A DNA stretch of 60,620 bases, counting the filler. It is 6 parts of 6 records of this genome, joined end to end, with 100 filler letters (N's around TTAATTAATTAA, not from the genome) between each part and the next. Parts side by side here need not be neighbours in the genome. Positions count along the whole stretch, not along the records: positions 47,784 to 60,620 come from SRR2962707_3749; 5 more parts are not named here. One strand, written 5' to 3'. Every line of letters begins with the position of its first letter. Within the stretch, counting starts at the first letter, position 1. The translations under genes and the position numbers were made by a program. The notes beneath the pieces were generated by a model, which saw only the letters and a list, made by a program, of their open reading frames with translations, made no database searches and was not told the DNA's origin. Positions 55,711 through 60,620 of the stretch are shown here, one piece after another.

Positions 55711-56667
55711 ATGACCACATATCTAGAATTTGAAAAACCCATCGCTGACCTTCAAGGCCAAATCCTTGAATTAAAGAAAATTGCAGAAGGCGGCGATGGT
55801 GCTGTTGATACTGCCGATGAGATTGGACGATTGGAAAAGCGCTCAAATGATGCGCTGGTTGATATCTATCGTAAACTAAGTTCGTGGCAGAAAGCGCAAG
55901 TGGCGCGCCATCCTGAGCGCCCGCATTGCAAGCAATATATTGATGCGTTGTTTTCTGATTATACGCCTTTGGCTGGCGACAGAAACTTTGCCGAGGATTT
56001 TGCTATTCTTGCTGGGTTTGCGCGTTTTGAAGGACAGCCCGTGGCTGTGATTGGCCAAGAAAAAGGCCACGACATGAAGTCGCGCCTTAAACATAATTTT
56101 GGCATGGCGCGCCCTGAAGGCTATCGCAAGGCCGTTCGCATTATGGAAATGGCTGATCGGTTTGGTTTGCCGGTCATTACGCTGGTTGATACGGCCGGTG
56201 CTTATCCTGGTATTGGCGCTGAAGAGCGCGGGCAGGCTGAAGCAATTGCACGCTCGACAGAAAAAAGTTTGAACCTTGAAGTGCCAATGATTTCTGTTGT
56301 TATTGGTGAAGGTGGTTCAGGCGGCGCGATTGCGATTGCGGCGGCTAATATTGTTTATATGCTTGAACATGCGATTTACTCCGTAATCTCACCGGAAGCA
56401 GGCGCTTCTATTTTGTGGCGTGATGCAGCGCGTGCGAAAGACGTTGCAACTGCGATGAAAATCACTGCGCAAGATCTTCTAGAATTGAATGTCATTGACG
56501 GCATCATTCCTGAACCGCTTGGCGGCGCGCACCGCGATGTGGCTGCCACGATGGCTGAGACAAAAAAATACATCGCCAAGGCGCTCAGAAGCTTTGAAGG
56601 CAAAGCTGGACCGCAAATCAAGCAGGAACGGCGCCAGAAGTTCCTTGATATCGGTAGAAATCTATAA
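55711..56667 (+). CDS. accA: Acetyl-CoA carboxylase carboxyltransferase alpha
   Basis: LEFEKPI, ARHPERP, PEGYRKA, GAEERGQ, GEGGSGGA. Confidence 0.97.
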   Translation: MTTYLEFEKPIADLQGQILELKKIAEGGDGAVDTADEIGRLEKRSNDALVDIYRKLSSWQKAQVARHPERPHCKQYIDALFSDYTPLAGDRNFAEDFAILAGFARFEGQPVAVIGQEKGHDMKSRLKHNFGMARPEGYRKAVRIMEMADRFGLPVITLVDTAGAYPGIGAEERGQAEAIARSTEKSLNLEVPMISVVIGEGGSGGAIAIAAANIVYMLEHAIYSVISPEAGASILWRDAARAKDVATAMKITAQDLLELNVIDGIIPEPLGGAHRDVAATMAETKKYIAKALRSFEGKAGPQIKQERRQKFLDIGRNL

Positions 56668-56797
56668 AATTCCGCCATTTGGCTGCCGCAATCTTGAATT
56701 ATCAGGCCTAGATTCACATATGCGCGAGCATTAGGTGAAAACCTTGTGGTAACCAATTTGCTTGTATAGTCATGCGGTTAGATTTCAGGATTCTTTG

Positions 56798-57850
56798 ATG
56801 GCTTTTAGGCTTATTTTTCGAGCGTGTTTGATGGTGGGGCTGTTGGCCGTTGCATCATGCAACTCCAGCGATGTACTTGATGTCGCGCGCAAAGCCAGCC
56901 AACCGCTGCCCGAAAAAGTTGTTCGCAAAATGAAGGCGGCAGGTACCACGAGTGCAATGCCTGTGATGATGCGCATTTTCAAACAAGAATCTGTTTTGGA
57001 AGTTTGGAAACAGACGCATACGGGCCGTTACGCGCTGATTGAAACCTACGAGATATGCAAATATTCCGGTGAGCTTGGCCCTAAATTTAAAGAGGGTGAT
57101 CGCCAAGCGCCTGAAGGTTTTTACCTAGTCAATCGTGGTTTGATGAACCCAAACTCAGATTATTATCTTTCTTTCAATCTTGGCTATCCTAATCGCTATG
57201 ATCGTTCTTACGGGCGTACAGGCACAAATTTGATGGTGCATGGCGATTGTTCGTCGGCAGGCTGTTATGCCATGACCGATGAGAACATTGCCCAAATTTA
57301 CGGTTTTGCGCGCGATGCTCTTGCTGGCGGTCAGCAGGCATTTCAGGTTCAAGCATTCCCCTTCCGCATGACGGTTGCCAACATGGTTGCGCACCGCAAT
57401 GATCCAAGTTTTGATTATTGGAAAATGCTCAAAGAAGGTTATGACCATTTTGAGCTAACGCGCCTGCCGCCAAAAATCGATGTGTGTGAGCGCAAATATG
57501 TTTTCAACAAGGAAGCCGTCTCTGGCAGCTTTAATGCGAGCGCCGCGTGTCCGAAAATGGAAACGCCGTACAAATTAGACCTTGCCTATACAAAATTGCA
57601 AAATGACAATGCCGTTGCTTTTGAAAAATTAGTGGCAAAAGAAGAAGGCCGCGAGCCGAACAAAGTCAAATTATTGCCAATGCCGGTAGAGCCTGCACCT
57701 GTTGCGCCGACTGCTGAACCTGCAGCACTAGATTCAGCAGAAGCAGCACCTGCGTCCCCTGCACCAGTTATTGCAACGTCAAGCGCATCGGGCGCGGCCT
57801 CCACGACTTCAATGACCGAGCAGCTTTATAGCGGCACTGCGAAGAAATGA
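56798..57850 (+). CDS. YafK/DpaA-like L,D-transpeptidase family lipoprotein
   Basis: Lipobox VASC; EGDRQAPEGFY, LSFNLGYPN, VHGDCSSAGC; Pro/Ala-rich tail. Confidence 0.9.
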   Translation: MAFRLIFRACLMVGLLAVASCNSSDVLDVARKASQPLPEKVVRKMKAAGTTSAMPVMMRIFKQESVLEVWKQTHTGRYALIETYEICKYSGELGPKFKEGDRQAPEGFYLVNRGLMNPNSDYYLSFNLGYPNRYDRSYGRTGTNLMVHGDCSSAGCYAMTDENIAQIYGFARDALAGGQQAFQVQAFPFRMTVANMVAHRNDPSFDYWKMLKEGYDHFELTRLPPKIDVCERKYVFNKEAVSGSFNASAACPKMETPYKLDLAYTKLQNDNAVAFEKLVAKEEGREPNKVKLLPMPVEPAPVAPTAEPAALDSAEAAPASPAPVIATSSASGAASTTSMTEQLYSGTAKK

Positions 57851-58074
57851 GCGCCTCAGATATATATGATTTGCGTGGTCTCAATTGTCCCTTGCCGGTT
57901 CTTAAAACACAAAAGCGCATGCGCGATATGAAAATTGGCGAAGAGCTTTGGATCGAAACAAATGATCCGCTTGCAGCGATTGATATTCCCAATTTTGCGC
58001 GTGAGCGTGGCCACGAACTGGTTGAAAGCTTCGCTGTCGATGGCGGACACCGGTTTTTATTAAAGCGCGGCTAG
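57847..58074 (+). CDS. TusA/SirA family sulfur carrier
   Basis: DLRGLNCPLP, DPLAAIDIP. Confidence 0.9.
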   Translation: MSASDIYDLRGLNCPLPVLKTQKRMRDMKIGEELWIETNDPLAAIDIPNFARERGHELVESFAVDGGHRFLLKRG

Positions 58075-58084
58075 CCTTATTTTC

Positions 58085-59236
58085 TTATCCTGGAACAGTT
58101 GCGTCAATTGTTGACCGCAGCTGGTTGCTTGCTGGATTTGTTGGGCGCTCAAAGGGAATTGGGAAGGCTGGAATTGGTCTTCCATTGAGATAAATAGCCG
58201 CTTTGCTGCTTCCGCTGGCCCCGCCAATTCCGGCCGAAATCGTGCGCGGTGCCCGTGTCATCGTTTTAATTGCGGGCGTGTTGAATGTCATATGGCCTTC
58301 AACTTGGCGTCCATCCCAGCGGTTGGCAATCGCCGTTTCAGTACAGATTTTAGAGCGCATATTGGCTGTTACATTGGAGGCATTGGCAGGTCTTGGTAAT
58401 TCAGCCACTGGAATACCGTGTCCGCTCTGCGCGCTAAAGCCATTTTCCAGCAAGCGTACGGCTTCTTCAGCCCGTGATTTTTGTGATGTAGCGCCCAAGA
58501 CAACGGTTATGAGTGTGCGACCATTGCGCGTTGCCGAGGCAACGAGGTTAAAACCAGATTCGCAGACATAGCCGGTTTTCATGCCATCAGCGCCAGCATA
58601 GCGGCCGAGCAATAAATTATATGATGGCGTAATTTGGTCGCCGATTTTTATGCCTTCTGCGGCAAAGATCGGATCGTATTGAGGGTAATTTTTACGGATC
58701 GTCGCTGCCAAAATGGCAATGTCACGTGCCGTGCTATATTGGTTTGGGTCACTTAATCCGTTGGGATTGGCAAAGTGTGTCCCGCTCATGCCAAGGTTGC
58801 GGGCTTCTTCGTTCATGCGGGCAACAAATTTGCTTTCATCGCCGCTCACTGCTTCACTCAGCGCAACCGCAACATCGTTTGCAGATTTAATGATGAGAAA
58901 GCGGAGTGCGTTTTCGACATTTAATACCGTGCCGACTTTAAAACCCATGCGGCTTGGCGGATTGTTTGCTGCATTGGCAGACATGGTCACCGGTGCTTTG
59001 AGCGTGATTTTACCCGCTTCGATTTCTTTAAATGTCACATAGGCCGTCATTAATTTGGTCAGTGATGCCGGTGCCCAGCGGTCAAAGGCCTGGTTTTCTT
59101 CCAGCACACGTCCAGTTTGTACATCAATGATCAGTGACGGTGTGGCAGATGATGTGATAACGCTGGCAAGCAGGAGTAGGCTGGATAGGAATACGGTTGG
59201 AAATTGTATTTTTATCACGGAATATGCCTCTACCAT
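58085..59236 (-). CDS. D-Ala-D-Ala carboxypeptidase (peptidase S11)
   Basis: PASLTK (SxxK), SAN (SxN), KTG; start uncertain. Confidence 0.92.
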   Translation of the reverse strand: MVEAYSVIKIQFPTVFLSSLLLLASVITSSATPSLIIDVQTGRVLEENQAFDRWAPASLTKLMTAYVTFKEIEAGKITLKAPVTMSANAANNPPSRMGFKVGTVLNVENALRFLIIKSANDVAVALSEAVSGDESKFVARMNEEARNLGMSGTHFANPNGLSDPNQYSTARDIAILAATIRKNYPQYDPIFAAEGIKIGDQITPSYNLLLGRYAGADGMKTGYVCESGFNLVASATRNGRTLITVVLGATSQKSRAEEAVRLLENGFSAQSGHGIPVAELPRPANASNVTANMRSKICTETAIANRWDGRQVEGHMTFNTPAIKTMTRAPRTISAGIGGASGSSKAAIYLNGRPIPAFPIPFERPTNPASNQLRSTIDATVPG

Positions 59237-59369
59237 TTGCGTTCTTATTGCTTAAAGCAGGCCATTTGCAGATTCAAATGATTAAGATAAGAATCGTTAA
59301 TTAGGCCTTGATGTGGTGGCGCGCCCGCGCCATCTTCGAAGTTGGAAATATGCAAACTAAGGTAACAAT

Positions 59370-60533
59370 ATGGCGATTTTGAACCGCGCGGCACAAATGC
59401 AGGCTGAGGTAAGCGAATGGCGTCGCCATCTGCATGAAAATCCTGAATTGTTGTTTGATGTTCACAACACTGCGGCATTTGTGGAAAACAAGCTGAAGGA
59501 ATTTGGCTGCGATGAGATTGTGAGCAAACTTGGCCGCACGGGCGTTGTTGGCGTTATTAAAGGCAATCGCGGCGCGGGCGAAGTTCTTGGCCTTCGCGCC
59601 GACATGGATGCGCTGCCCATCGTCGAAGCGACGGGTAAAGCCTACGCATCAAAAACATCCGGAAAAATGCATGCATGCGGCCATGATGGTCACACTGCAA
59701 TGTTGCTTGGCGCAGCAAAATATCTTGCTGAGACACGCAATTTTGCAGGTACGATTGTTGTCATCTTCCAACCGGCTGAAGAGGGCGGCGGCGGCGGCAA
59801 TGAAATGGTCAAAGACGGCATGATGGAACGCTTTGGCATTGACCGCGTTTTTGGCATGCACAATATGCCAAATCTGCCTGTCGGGGAGTTCTCAATCCGA
59901 TCGGGGCCATTTTTCGCGGCTACCGACGAGTTTAATATTACGCTGACTGGCAAGGGCGGCCACGCTGCCATGCCGCATGGCACAATTGATCCAATCGTAA
60001 CTGGCGCTGCGATTGTTCAAAGCCTGCAAACAATTGCATCGCGCAATGTCGATCCACTGGAATCCATCGTTGTATCTGTTACGAAGTTCAATGCTGGCCA
60101 CGCACACAATGTTATTCCAGCGACGGCGTTAATCGGCGGCACGATTCGTTCGCTCACTGCCGATATCCGCAGCTATGGTGAGCAGCGTTTGCGTGAAATC
60201 GCTGTTTCAATTGCCAATGCATATGGTTGCGAAGCCCATGTGGACTATCGTTCTGGATATCCGGTGACGGTCAATCATGATGTAGAGACCGATATTGCTG
60301 CTGCGGCTGCTGAAAAAGTGGTGGGCGTTGGTAAAGTGGATATGAGCGTTCCGCCGATTATGGGCGGCGAAGACTTTTCGTATATGCTGGAAGCGCGTCC
60401 CGGATCGATGATATTAATCGGCAATGGTGAGAGCGCTGGGCTTCACCATCCGCAATATGATTTTAATGATGATATTATTCCATTGGGAATTAGTTATTGG
60501 GCGCAACTGGCGGAAAATAATCCCGCGCGCTAG
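59370..60533 (+). CDS. M20D amidohydrolase (hippurate hydrolase-like)
   Basis: RADMDALP, MHACGHDGH, FQPAEE, GEDF, LHHP. Confidence 0.95.
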   Translation: MAILNRAAQMQAEVSEWRRHLHENPELLFDVHNTAAFVENKLKEFGCDEIVSKLGRTGVVGVIKGNRGAGEVLGLRADMDALPIVEATGKAYASKTSGKMHACGHDGHTAMLLGAAKYLAETRNFAGTIVVIFQPAEEGGGGGNEMVKDGMMERFGIDRVFGMHNMPNLPVGEFSIRSGPFFAATDEFNITLTGKGGHAAMPHGTIDPIVTGAAIVQSLQTIASRNVDPLESIVVSVTKFNAGHAHNVIPATALIGGTIRSLTADIRSYGEQRLREIAVSIANAYGCEAHVDYRSGYPVTVNHDVETDIAAAAAEKVVGVGKVDMSVPPIMGGEDFSYMLEARPGSMILIGNGESAGLHHPQYDFNDDIIPLGISYWAQLAENNPAR

Positions 60534-60573
60534 GGTTTCAACAATGCTGAAGTTTCTGTATCAGCGTCTTTGT

Positions 60574-60620
60574 GGTCCCGTAGCTCAGTTGGATAGAGCA
60601 TCAGATTCCTAATCTGAGGG
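60574..60620 (+). tRNA. tRNA-Arg(CCT), truncated at window end
   Basis: GGTCCCG-TA-GCTCAGTTGGATAGAGC D-arm; anticodon arm TCAGA-TTCCTAA-TCTGA. Confidence 0.92.

Noticed and set aside
60574-60620. tRNA-Arg as an integration site
   Set aside because: The 3' end and downstream DNA are outside the window, so it cannot be assessed

Overview
This window is not one locus. It is six unrelated contigs joined by five identical artificial 100-nt spacers (44 N + TTAATTAATTAA + 44 N), so adjacency across a spacer means nothing. Contigs 1-3 (1-7529, 7630-13275, 13376-20977) are eukaryotic, probably a stramenopile, with microsatellite ends and short GT-AG introns that I reconstructed by hand. They encode a sugar porter, a ~1670-aa protein with KPW repeats, Tudor-like and EF-hand domains, RRP7, an EDEM-type GH47/PA mannosidase, a spliced HTH protein and a TMEM245-like protein. 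Contig 4 (21078-36744) is Rhodobacteraceae-like: RlmD-type methyltransferase, bacterial voltage-gated Na channel, a YkuD/CAP/YkuD/small-protein cluster, hemH, comF, grxC, ubiG, pip, rimP-nusA-ylxR-infB. Contig 5 (36845-47683) is Bacteroidota: phoD, AraC, phoH, DUF62, a frameshifted ABM gene, PadR-PspC. Contig 6 (47784-60620) is Rhizobiales-like: cobST, bolA, aroKB, xerD, accA, L,D-transpeptidase, dac, amidohydrolase, tRNA-Arg. Most content is housekeeping. Best leads: (1) a candidate peptidoglycan attach/detach module at 23495-25698, built around a 59-aa exported protein with a predicted N-terminal Gly and a C-terminal membrane anchor; (2) a ~160-nt nested inverted-repeat element at 44244-44404, just upstream of a +1-frameshifted gene; (3) the 12-copy KPW motif protein. 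All functional proposals are hypotheses from sequence reading only.
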